DNA of 64,000 nucleotides from Halobacteriovoraceae bacterium (GTDB lineage: Bacteria; Bdellovibrionota; Bacteriovoracia; Bacteriovoracales; Bacteriovoracaceae), in NCBI GenBank assembly GCA_963719505.1, contig CAVRCF010000005.1, positions 960,001 to 1,024,000 on the forward strand. The letters are read 5' to 3'. This document shows positions 1-8,916 of this stretch, in pieces. The translations under genes and the position numbers were made by a program. Under the pieces are notes generated by a model. That model searched no databases and was not told where the DNA came from. It worked only from the letters and a program-made list of their open reading frames with translations. Within the stretch, counting starts at the first letter, position 1; every line of letters starts with the position of its first letter.

Positions 1-1381
1 CATGTCGAAAGCACGAAGAGACTACCGACCTCATTTCAAACTTCTCCATACAGCAGGAGCTTACTGGCGAGGAGATGAGACAAGACCTATGCTTCAAAGA
101 GTTTACGCTGCAAGTTTTGATGACAAGAAAAAACTCAAAGCCCATCTCAATTTTTTAGAGGAAGCAAAGAAAAGAGACCATAGAAAATTAGGTAAAGAAA
201 TGGATCTTTTTCACTTCGACCCTGTGGCCCCTGGTTCACCATTTTTCGAACCCAAAGGTGCAATTGTTTACAATGAGCTCATCTCTTTTATGAGAAGAAT
301 TTATAACATTTTTGATTATAAAGAAGTTATTACTCCTCAAATTTTAGATACAACTTTATGGAAAACATCTGGACACTATGAGCATTATAAAGAGGATATG
401 TTCTTCTCACACTCAGAGAAGAAAGACTTTGCAGTAAAACCGATGAACTGTCCTTGTCACATGCTTATGTTTGCTCACAAAAAATATAGCTACAGAGACT
501 TACCTTTGAGATTCGCTGACTTTGGACGACTTCACAGAAATGAAAGAAGTGGTGCACTTGCTGGACTCACAAGAGTTCGAACATTTTGCCAAGATGACGC
601 TCATGTCTTTTTACCTCAAGAACAAATTCAAGGTGAGATTTTACAACTCTTAAAAATGTTTGATGTTTGTTACGATCACTTTGGCTTTGAAAATATTAAA
701 ATTGGTTTATCAACAAGACCAGAGAAGAAAGCTGGTGATGATTCTCAATGGGACCTTGCTGAAGAAGCACTAAGACTTGCTCTTGCAGAGTCTGGTCACG
801 AGTATCACCTCAATGAAGGTGACGGAGCATTCTATGGTCCTAAAATTGATATTCAGATATCTGATGCCATTGGAAGATACCATCAACTTGGAACGGTTCA
901 ATTAGACTTTGAACTCCCTAAAAGATTTAATCTCAGTTTTAAAAATGCTGAAAATGAAGAAGAAAGACCGGTTGTTATTCACAGAGCACTTTTGGGATCA
1001 TTAGAGAGATTTTTTGGTGTTTATCTTGAACATGTGGCAGGAATTTTTCCTTTTTGGCTTGCACCAGAGCAAGCAGTTATCGTTCCTGTAAACAATGATA
1101 TTCACCTCGACTACTCCAACAAACTTTGCAAAGAGCTTCAAAGAAAAGGATATAGAGTTAGGGTTGATGATAGAAACGAAACGATGGGTTTGAAAACACG
1201 ACAAATTCAACAATCTAAAGCTCCCTATATGATCGTCATCGGAGATAAAGAGATGGAATCCAATAGTGCGGCTTTGCGAGCTTACGGACAAAAGTTTACT
1301 AAAGTCATGACCAGCGAAGAAATGCTGGTCCTTTTTGAGGAACTTGACTCCCATAAAATGCCTCAACAAATAAGAGACTAG
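1..1381 (+). CDS. thrS: Threonyl-tRNA synthetase (5' end outside window)
   Basis: RDHRKLG, KPMNCPCH, RVRTFCQDDAH, GAFYGPKID and IHRALLGSLERF motifs; C-terminal anticodon-binding domain. Confidence 0.98.
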   Translation, partial: MSKARRDYRPHFKLLHTAGAYWRGDETRPMLQRVYAASFDDKKKLKAHLNFLEEAKKRDHRKLGKEMDLFHFDPVAPGSPFFEPKGAIVYNELISFMRRIYNIFDYKEVITPQILDTTLWKTSGHYEHYKEDMFFSHSEKKDFAVKPMNCPCHMLMFAHKKYSYRDLPLRFADFGRLHRNERSGALAGLTRVRTFCQDDAHVFLPQEQIQGEILQLLKMFDVCYDHFGFENIKIGLSTRPEKKAGDDSQWDLAEEALRLALAESGHEYHLNEGDGAFYGPKIDIQISDAIGRYHQLGTVQLDFELPKRFNLSFKNAENEEERPVVIHRALLGSLERFFGVYLEHVAGIFPFWLAPEQAVIVPVNNDIHLDYSNKLCKELQRKGYRVRVDDRNETMGLKTRQIQQSKAPYMIVIGDKEMESNSAALRAYGQKFTKVMTSEEMLVLFEELDSHKMPQQIRD

Positions 1382-1383
1382 AA

Positions 1384-2367
1384 ATGAAAAATCTTTTACT
1401 ACTCTTTGGTGGAGGATCCACCGAACACGACATTTCAAAAATAACTTGTGACTATCTTGAGACAAAAATTGACTCCAAAAAGTTTAATATTTTTAAGGTT
1501 GAAATCAAAAGCGATGGCCATTGGCTCTTAGACGGACGTGCAGTTAATATTGACTTTGATAAAAACCTCAACGACTCAAATGGTAAAATCGCAGCGATCG
1601 ATCTTTGTCTTCCCGCGATCCACGGTTATCCAGCAGAGACGGGAAACTTGCAGTCATTCTTACAGATGATTAACCTGCCTTTTTTTGGAGTCGAGTCTGA
1701 GCCCAGTTCGATATGTTTCAATAAAGTGTTAACAAAGCTTTGGCTAGATGCTCAAGGTTTTCCAACGACACCTTTTATCTTCTTAAAAGACTCAAGTGAT
1801 GAGTCTGTAAAAAAATGTAAAGAGTTTTTTAAAAATCATGGCAAGATTTTTATTAAGGCCAGTAACCAAGGAAGTTCAATTGGCTGCTACCCGGTTAATC
1901 GTGAACAAGAAATTGAAAACACCTTAAAAGAAGCGTTTAAGTTCTCTCGATACGTTTTGATTGAGTCATTTGTTATAGGAAGAGAGCTTGAAGTTTCCGT
2001 TTTCGAATATAATGGAGAAATTCTTTCATCAGGTCCTGGAGAAATTATCTGCCCAGACGCCTTTTACGACTATAATCAAAAATATGCAAAATCGTCACAC
2101 ACTCATGTGGATGTAGAGGCCAAAAACCTCACCAAAGAGAAGGCACAGGAATTATCCAAAATGGCGATAAACGTTTTTGAAAGTCTAAAGCTTAAGGATC
2201 TTTCAAGAGTTGATTTTTTTCTAGAAGGTGAAAATATTCTGATCAACGAAATTAATACATTTCCTGGAATGACTCCGATCTCACTTTTTCCACAAATGCT
2301 AGAAGCCACAGGCATAAAGTTTGAGAACTTTATTAATCAGCGACTTGAAAACCTCATTCGCTTTTAA
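1384..2367 (+). CDS. ddl: D-alanine--D-alanine ligase
   Basis: FGGGSTEHDIS, IHGYPAETG, GSSIG, FYDYNQKY and NEINTFPGMT motifs. Confidence 0.95.
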   Translation: MKNLLLLFGGGSTEHDISKITCDYLETKIDSKKFNIFKVEIKSDGHWLLDGRAVNIDFDKNLNDSNGKIAAIDLCLPAIHGYPAETGNLQSFLQMINLPFFGVESEPSSICFNKVLTKLWLDAQGFPTTPFIFLKDSSDESVKKCKEFFKNHGKIFIKASNQGSSIGCYPVNREQEIENTLKEAFKFSRYVLIESFVIGRELEVSVFEYNGEILSSGPGEIICPDAFYDYNQKYAKSSHTHVDVEAKNLTKEKAQELSKMAINVFESLKLKDLSRVDFFLEGENILINEINTFPGMTPISLFPQMLEATGIKFENFINQRLENLIRF

Positions 2368-2392
2368 TTTAAAACTACATTACAATAGATAG

Positions 2393-3409
2393 ATGTATAA
2401 AAGATCAAGCGAGCTTAATTTTATTCAAAGGTCTAGACTCACGCTGAGTCTCAAACCTATTCTCGTTGCCCAAATTGTCATTTTAGACTCTTTGGAAAAG
2501 CCTGCTTACAGCTACAAAGACGGCCTCTTTCACAAAGAGATCGATGCAAACACCGGGATATCAGTCGATTTTATAAGTAATTATGCAAAGGTAGTGAGCT
2601 CGGAAATATTCCTACACAAAGAAGACTTCAATAGAATAAATGAAAAATTAAATGGTGAAATCGTTAAGCTCACCCGCTCTCTTTCACAAGGAGATACTAG
2701 GGCAAAAGCAAACAAGTATGTGAATCTTCTCTCTATGCAGATGGCAAACCTGTATAAAGATCCGTTTAACGACGAACTATTAGTCAATCAATTTCAAGGT
2801 GCTCAAAATCTGTTCAATGTCTTATTTAATAACAAGTCTATTCACAAAGGTCTCTACCACTCTTTAGCAAAGCAGTCTCATCACTACACTGTTGCACAAC
2901 CACTTTTATCTTCAATCCTCTTAACAAGTTTCCTTCAAAGTTCAGGAATGTTTTCAGAGAAAGAGATTCAGAGTTACTTTTTAACAAGTTATTTCAAAGA
3001 TATTGGCATGAGCCTTATTCCAAGAGAGAAATTTGAACAAGCTCACCTAAATGAATATGATAAAAAACTTTTCGCTGAGCACGCAATCAATTCTAGAAAA
3101 CTATTAAGTTCTAGAATTCCACTCACAATGACCCAGCTTAATATTATAGAGAATCATCATTTTTTAAACTACAAGATTCAAGCTCTTATTTCCGACTCTT
3201 TTACTATTGACCAAAATAAAATGCTCACCGGTGTCGAGTCGACACTTTTATCAAGTATAGATATAATCGTGGCAATGAGCTCTGAGAGGCCCTACAGAGA
3301 AGCGATGAGTATATTTAAAGCTCTAGAATTGTTAAAGAAAGTTGTTGCAACAGAATACCCGACTGAATTTAAAAACTTAGTAATATTTTTAAAATCATTT
3401 TTTAAGTAA
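2393..3409 (+). CDS. Degenerate HD-GYP-like domain protein
   Basis: FKDIGM (HD site altered), EHA...NHH, and IVAMSSERPYREAM; no GYP motif. Confidence 0.65.
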   Translation: MYKRSSELNFIQRSRLTLSLKPILVAQIVILDSLEKPAYSYKDGLFHKEIDANTGISVDFISNYAKVVSSEIFLHKEDFNRINEKLNGEIVKLTRSLSQGDTRAKANKYVNLLSMQMANLYKDPFNDELLVNQFQGAQNLFNVLFNNKSIHKGLYHSLAKQSHHYTVAQPLLSSILLTSFLQSSGMFSEKEIQSYFLTSYFKDIGMSLIPREKFEQAHLNEYDKKLFAEHAINSRKLLSSRIPLTMTQLNIIENHHFLNYKIQALISDSFTIDQNKMLTGVESTLLSSIDIIVAMSSERPYREAMSIFKALELLKKVVATEYPTEFKNLVIFLKSFFK

Positions 3410-3526
3410 TTTTTTGAAAAATTTCTCTTCTCATTACGTTCTAAATATTTAAAAATAGTAAATGAATAAGCATAAGGATATGCAATTTCAACTTCAATAA
3501 GCGCATGAATTCTAAGGAGGGAATAA

Positions 3527-3748
3527 ATGGCGAGTCCACAAATACAGAGTCCACTAACAGGTATTTTAGCAGAAGAAACAGTCGTAATCGATTTTGGCGA
3601 GCACGAAGGAAAATCTGTACTACAGGTTAATGATGAAAACCCAGACTTCTACTCTTTTCTCATTGAGCAAAAAGAGCAAGGAAATTCAACGATAAGAAGA
3701 ACTAAAGATAAGATTTTTAAGTTATACGTAACTTCTCCTCTACAATAG
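3527..3748 (+). CDS. Small protein with an FGxHxGK motif (ExoX C-terminal/DUF3820-like)
   Basis: Strong SD TAAGGAGG; IDFGEHEGKSV...NPDFYSFL pattern. Confidence 0.6.
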   Translation: MASPQIQSPLTGILAEETVVIDFGEHEGKSVLQVNDENPDFYSFLIEQKEQGNSTIRRTKDKIFKLYVTSPLQ

Positions 3749-3753
3749 GTTTA

Positions 3754-4128
3754 ATGAATATCATTTATATATCAGTCTTTGGAGTTGTGGGTGTTCTGTC
3801 CCGCTACTCCTTAGACTTAATTTTTTACAACAAAGATCAAATACTCCCTATTCAAACTATCATTGCAAATTTTACTGGATGCTTAATCGCAGGAATTCTC
3901 TATTCATTCATCAGTGAAAAATTTGGAAATACTCATTTATGGAGCTTGGCGATTATTGGTTTTTGTGGCGGTCTTACAACTTTTTCAAGCTTTGCTCTGC
4001 AGTCCTTTCAGTCTATTGAACAAGGAGAATTTCTTAAGGCCTACGGATACCTTATGATATTTCCCTTGATAGGTTTACTTGCTATTTTTCTTGGAATGAA
4101 ATTATCAATTTTCTTCATAAACAGGTGA
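3754..4128 (+). CDS. crcB: Fluoride efflux channel CrcB/Fluc
   Basis: 124 aa, four hydrophobic segments, ANFTGC and GFCGGLTTFSSF signature. Confidence 0.95.
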   Translation: MNIIYISVFGVVGVLSRYSLDLIFYNKDQILPIQTIIANFTGCLIAGILYSFISEKFGNTHLWSLAIIGFCGGLTTFSSFALQSFQSIEQGEFLKAYGYLMIFPLIGLLAIFLGMKLSIFFINR

Positions 4129-4157
4129 AATCAGCACCTTAGCCTACCATTTTTGCC

Positions 4158-4187
4158 TTGATTCAATCCGAACGATCGTGCTATTAT
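4158..4187 (+). promoter_or_regulatory. Sigma70-type promoter with a palindromic operator (ACGATCGT, 4172-4179) upstream of the TetR gene
   Basis: TTGATT (4158-4163), 18-nt spacer, TGnTATTAT (4179-4187); the palindrome lies in the spacer. Confidence 0.55.
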
Positions 4188-4193
4188 GAATAT

Positions 4194-4781
4194 ATGAGCA
4201 AAGGGTATACGACAAAAGAAACCATTTTAAAAACAGCCTTCGAACTAACAAGTAAATTTGGTTTGGAAAGTCTCTCAATTGGAGAACTTGCAAAGTCTGT
4301 TGGAATGAGTAAGTCCGGACTTTTTGGTCACTTTAAATCAAAAGAGAAACTACAATTAATGGTTATGGATTACGCTGCTGAAAACTTCACTGATAAAGTT
4401 GTAAAACCAGCTCTAAACCAGAAGCGTGGTATCGCAAGAATCGAAGCCATGATGAACAACTGGAAAAAGTGGTCATCAACATATCTCCCTGGAGGATGTC
4501 CTTTCCTATCAGCGATCGTAGAGTTCGATGACAGACCAGGACCAGTGAGAGATCACATCAAAGAGCTCCAAGCAACGATGGTCGGTACATTCTCAAGGTC
4601 TGTCGACATTGCAATTGAAGAGGGTGAAATATTAAAAGAGACAAATACAGAACAACTTGCATACGAACTTTATTCCAATATGATCGGCTTTCATATTTAT
4701 AATCGTTTGTTAAAAGATAAAAATGCAGTTTTAAAATTTGAAAATAGTTTTTCCTCGCTTATCGAAAGAGTTAGGAAATAA
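4194..4781 (+). CDS. TetR/AcrR family transcriptional regulator
   Basis: HTH LSIGELAKSVGMSKSGLFGHFKSKE; C-terminal GGCPF...EFDDRPGPVR; ATG 4194 preferred over TTG 4158. Confidence 0.93.
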   Translation: MSKGYTTKETILKTAFELTSKFGLESLSIGELAKSVGMSKSGLFGHFKSKEKLQLMVMDYAAENFTDKVVKPALNQKRGIARIEAMMNNWKKWSSTYLPGGCPFLSAIVEFDDRPGPVRDHIKELQATMVGTFSRSVDIAIEEGEILKETNTEQLAYELYSNMIGFHIYNRLLKDKNAVLKFENSFSSLIERVRK

Positions 4782-4806
4782 GGTATTTTATACCAAGGAG
4801 AAGTTT

Positions 4807-5013
4807 ATGAGTGTCACATTTAAAGTTGTTGAACTAATTGATCGCTTACACATTCAAAAGTTTTTTATGGAAAAAGATAACAAAGTCCTTTTGAATATAA
4901 AGTTTGATCCAGCAAAGATAGAGAGTTTTATCGATAGTAAACTCAAAGTTCATGGAAAAGGATACAAACCCAATGACTTTGAGGAAAGCTGCATAAGAGA
5001 TTTAGACTTTTAA
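4807..5013 (+). CDS. Small hypothetical protein (68 aa)
   Basis: AAGGAG SD at 4795-4800 before ATG 4807. Confidence 0.6.
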   Translation: MSVTFKVVELIDRLHIQKFFMEKDNKVLLNIKFDPAKIESFIDSKLKVHGKGYKPNDFEESCIRDLDF

Positions 5014-5022
5014 ATTTCTCAT

Positions 5023-5616
5023 ATGCTCGTTTTAGTCGAGAAACTTTATCCCACTCAAGATAGCTTTGGTAGTCTATCGATTGGATATAAAGTCGATCAT
5101 ATAGAGAATGCTTGGAACAATGGAAATTTTGAAGAGTATTTAGACAAAAAAATTGTTCCAAGCATTCTGGGTCCTAAAAATAAAATCTATATTCTTGATA
5201 GACATCACACCGCTATAGCAATTTCAAAAGCTAATATCCCAAAAAATAAAAAGCAGCTTAAAATCGAAGTTATTCACGATTGGTCTCATCTAACAATTGA
5301 AGAATTCGAACAGAAAATGGTTTCTTCTCATTTTCTATGGATCGATGAAAACTCAACATTCAAAACCCTACCAAAGAGGCTGAAAGACCTCGCTGATAAT
5401 CCCTATAGAAGTCTGGCCTGGAAAGTAAGAAAGATGGGTGGATTTAAAAAGGTTAAAAAACCATTTTTAGAATTTTATTGGAGTGATTTTTTTAAGCATA
5501 ATGGAATAAAGCTTACGTCTTCAAAAGAAAGTGAAATCTTAAAGGTATTACCAGAAGCCATGAGTCTTGCATCCTCAACCAAAGCAAAAAACAATCCAGG
5601 CTATATAGGCTTGTAG
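5023..5616 (+). CDS. ParB/Srx-like putative nuclease (ParBc_2-type)
   Basis: LYPTQ, YILDRHH, DNPYRSLAW and PFLEFYWSDFF motifs. Confidence 0.8.
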   Translation: MLVLVEKLYPTQDSFGSLSIGYKVDHIENAWNNGNFEEYLDKKIVPSILGPKNKIYILDRHHTAIAISKANIPKNKKQLKIEVIHDWSHLTIEEFEQKMVSSHFLWIDENSTFKTLPKRLKDLADNPYRSLAWKVRKMGGFKKVKKPFLEFYWSDFFKHNGIKLTSSKESEILKVLPEAMSLASSTKAKNNPGYIGL

Positions 5617-5632
5617 CCTAATTGATAAAGGA

Positions 5633-7411
5633 TTAGTCACAGCTCAATCGGCCAACCAAATAATGACCACTTTCACAAAGTGTAAAATTCACGGAGTTCA
5701 TATATTCATTTTTAATTTTATATGTTTTTTCAAGTCCGGCTCTTGATTGGTTTAATGACTCTGAGAAAGGCCACCTCACAGTAACGCTAACCAAAGACTC
5801 CCCTTCATTGAGAGCAAAATGAAGTCCCTCTTCATTTTGAGGGGGAAGTGCACCGTAGGAATAGCTAACATTTTGACTTCTATTTACTAAACCCTTTGGT
5901 GTCATAACTTTCAAAATGACCGTGGCGTTGAGGCCATGGAAGTTTGCTCTTGTACCTCTCAGATAGAAACGCAGAGCTTTTTTCTTTTGTATTTTTTGAT
6001 TATTTTCAAAGAGGTAAATTCTTTTTTTAATCCGAGCATCTCTCAAGTTTGACTGAGCGGTTAAAATATCCATTTTCCCGTCTCTATTAAAGTCTGCGAC
6101 CACAGATGACATAGGATTTATAATATCTACCCCCTCAACCTTAGAGACATTCTCGAATGAGTGATCTTCATATTGTTTAAAGAGAACAAGTCTAGTGTGT
6201 GGAGGAAAACCTGAGTTATCAACAAGGAGGTCCATGAGTCCGTCATTATTATAATCGAACCACACACCTCTTCTATCTGCCTGGTGCCACTCAACATCAA
6301 AAGAGTCTTGAAAATATTCTGTCCTTATAAAAAACGGAGGAAATTTAAAACGTGAACCAGTAAGGATACTAGATTTATCTCTCAGCTCATTATCATAGCT
6401 ATGAGTTAGTTCACCTAAAAAGATATCCATAATCCCATCTTGATTATAGTCTTGGCAGGCAGTAGCGAAAGTCCTTCCTCCACCTTTAGGAGTTAAATTT
6501 CCCTCTGTGTCTCCTCCATAGAGAGAAGTTATTGCATAGTCTTTAAAAGTTCTGACTTTCTCCCTAACTTTATAGGAGTTCATCCACAGCTTATTATTAT
6601 ACCCACTAGCACCAGCCGCGAGAATATCAGGAAAACCGTTTTGATCTATGTCACAAATTTGCGAAGCAAATGTTGGAACAGCGTTCACATACATAGTGTC
6701 ATCTAAATTTTTTTTCGTTTCTTCTTCAAGATACTTTGAGGAGTCTATGTATCCGTCTTTTGTTTTTTCAAGTAGGTAATCTCGCTCGGGAAATGTTCCA
6801 TGTTTATTCTTTTTAAACCAATTTCCTATAAATAAATCAAGGTCACCATCTAGATCAAAATCAATAAGCCCGATTGTCGCTGTAGGACCGGGGTCAATAT
6901 TAATTTTATCTTTTTGCTCAGTGAATCGAAGCCCTTTTTTTGATTTTATACCTTTAAAAATACGAATGGGGTCAGGAGTAAGTTCAGTTTTTTGATTTAA
7001 GACACCCGCAATTGCATCCAATACATTGTCGTTGTCGAGATCATAAAAAAGAAAATATGAAGCTTTTAGATTTACATCAAATAAGGACTCTGTTTTTTCA
7101 AAACGACCTTTATGAACATCAAAAAGATAAAAGTCCGGTTGAGCATAATGCTCTGGTAATATAACAAGATCACTAAATCCATCTGAATTCAAGTCGACAA
7201 CATTAAAGTTTGCAGCCGTGATGCCTGATAGACCATATTGCTCAGTTTTGTCTATAAAGCCTGAAGCCCCAGCAGCACTAGGTCCCGACTCATAAGTCTT
7301 CTCTTTAAGTGAGTCTAAAGAGCTACTTAACTCACTGGGATTAAAAACCTTTTCAGTGGTGGAGCAGGAAAAAATCAAACTGAAAATAAATAAAATTGAT
7401 ATATTTTTCAC
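5633..7411 (-). CDS. FG-GAP/VCBS-repeat (CRTAC1-like) lipoprotein
   Basis: Lipobox LIFSC; repeated DxDxDGxxD motifs (DLNSDGFSD, DFDLDGDLD, DYNNDGLMD, DFNRDGKMD); ASPIC/UnbV-like C-terminus. Confidence 0.8.
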   Translation of the reverse strand: MKNISILFIFSLIFSCSTTEKVFNPSELSSSLDSLKEKTYESGPSAAGASGFIDKTEQYGLSGITAANFNVVDLNSDGFSDLVILPEHYAQPDFYLFDVHKGRFEKTESLFDVNLKASYFLFYDLDNDNVLDAIAGVLNQKTELTPDPIRIFKGIKSKKGLRFTEQKDKINIDPGPTATIGLIDFDLDGDLDLFIGNWFKKNKHGTFPERDYLLEKTKDGYIDSSKYLEEETKKNLDDTMYVNAVPTFASQICDIDQNGFPDILAAGASGYNNKLWMNSYKVREKVRTFKDYAITSLYGGDTEGNLTPKGGGRTFATACQDYNQDGIMDIFLGELTHSYDNELRDKSSILTGSRFKFPPFFIRTEYFQDSFDVEWHQADRRGVWFDYNNDGLMDLLVDNSGFPPHTRLVLFKQYEDHSFENVSKVEGVDIINPMSSVVADFNRDGKMDILTAQSNLRDARIKKRIYLFENNQKIQKKKALRFYLRGTRANFHGLNATVILKVMTPKGLVNRSQNVSYSYGALPPQNEEGLHFALNEGESLVSVTVRWPFSESLNQSRAGLEKTYKIKNEYMNSVNFTLCESGHYLVGRLSCD

Positions 7412-7552
7412 ATGCTCATCATAGGACTAATTTGATCATTTTTAAATCTAAAAATCTCAGAACTCTTCAGCAAAACTGGCTGACTATTCTTCTCTGCTAT
7501 TATTTATGACTTAGTGCTTGCACAATGTTAAAAATTTTATGAAAATAGTAAA

Positions 7553-8890
7553 ATGATTAATAAAATTCGTAACTTATTTAACAAAATAAAGAAAAATAAA
7601 TCTTCAGAAGACTTATTTGAAGAGGATTTTTTAGATGATGATGAGCAACTAGATCTTCCTCCCGTTCCGGTAAATCAAGAAGAAGATGCTGATGAAGAAG
7701 TTGAAACAATTGATCAGTTTGATCAAACTGGTTCTTTTGATGAACATATTCTTGACCTTGATGATGGTAAACTATCATTAAAGGACTCTTTAAATTTAAA
7801 ATTCGATTCATTTAAAAACTCTGTAGGAAGAATAAAACTCACAAAGCCCAAGAAAATGAAACTTGGTGAATTAAAAGAAATGACGGGAAAGATAAAGCTT
7901 CCTAAGTCTTTCAATTCGAATTCAACTTTTAAAAAAATTGACCTTGCAAACATTCATAATGATTTTTTTAGCTCTTCTTCAAGACAGAAAATTCATAGAT
8001 TTTTTCAATACTCTTTTGTGTTTCTCATCATCTTTACCGCAGCTAAAACGGCAGGAATCATTCTCAATGGGAAAAACGACTACAAGGCCCTGCCTAAGAA
8101 TGCATCCATCGAAATCGACAAAACACTTATGCTTCAAGCAAACGACATCAATCAAATAAAGAATGCTAAACTTTTTAAAACGGAAGCTAAAAAAGTTGAT
8201 ATTGATCCAAAAAAACCAAATGTTCAATCAAATCTTGCATGTGTTAAAGCTGATTCCAAATCAAGATTACCAATAAAGCTAATCAATACGATTGTTCTTC
8301 AAGATGAGGTAAAGTCTATTGCCTCGGTTCAAGTTCGTTCAGAGAACCTACTTCAAGAGCTTAGGGTTGGAGAGAATATAGATAACTTAGCAAAAATAGA
8401 TAAAATTGAACGATCAATGCTTATTATCAAAAATCTCAAAAGCGGGACCTGTGAATCGATTGAAAACGAAGAAGATAAGGCTGACTACTCACCAATCGCA
8501 GTCATGTCCCCTTCTCAATCAAAAACGTTCAAGCAAAATTTGAAAAAGATTGATGGGATTGAGAATGAAGGTAATAAGTTTGTGATTGAAAAAGAATTTC
8601 TTAAAAAGAAGATGTCTAATATTCAAGATATTCTTACACAGGCTCGCGGGATTCAAATCAATAACCCAGATGGAACAATTTCTTTCAAGATTGTTGACGT
8701 CCAACCTGGCGGTATTTTTGCTTATTTAGGGATTCAAGACAATGATATCATCACACAAATTGATGGTCAGCCGATCAATGATCTTAACGCTGTCATGTCA
8801 CTTTTTGGAAAGATTTCAAATATAGATAAACTAGGATTGAGTATAAAAAGAGATGGAGTTGAAACTCCGCAAGAATATAAGTTTAAATAG
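7553..8890 (+). CDS. gspC: Type II secretion protein C (single TM, C-terminal PDZ-like domain)
   Basis: One TM segment, C-terminal LGIQDNDIITQIDG PDZ-like region; first gene of the gsp operon. Confidence 0.8.
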   Translation: MINKIRNLFNKIKKNKSSEDLFEEDFLDDDEQLDLPPVPVNQEEDADEEVETIDQFDQTGSFDEHILDLDDGKLSLKDSLNLKFDSFKNSVGRIKLTKPKKMKLGELKEMTGKIKLPKSFNSNSTFKKIDLANIHNDFFSSSSRQKIHRFFQYSFVFLIIFTAAKTAGIILNGKNDYKALPKNASIEIDKTLMLQANDINQIKNAKLFKTEAKKVDIDPKKPNVQSNLACVKADSKSRLPIKLINTIVLQDEVKSIASVQVRSENLLQELRVGENIDNLAKIDKIERSMLIIKNLKSGTCESIENEEDKADYSPIAVMSPSQSKTFKQNLKKIDGIENEGNKFVIEKEFLKKKMSNIQDILTQARGIQINNPDGTISFKIVDVQPGGIFAYLGIQDNDIITQIDGQPINDLNAVMSLFGKISNIDKLGLSIKRDGVETPQEYKFK

Positions 8891-8916
8891 AACGCAAATA
8901 CAAATAAAGGATCTTC

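Noticed and set aside
3410-3753. Fluoride riboswitch upstream of crcB
   Set aside because: No GGCGATGG...TAATGA-type motif found
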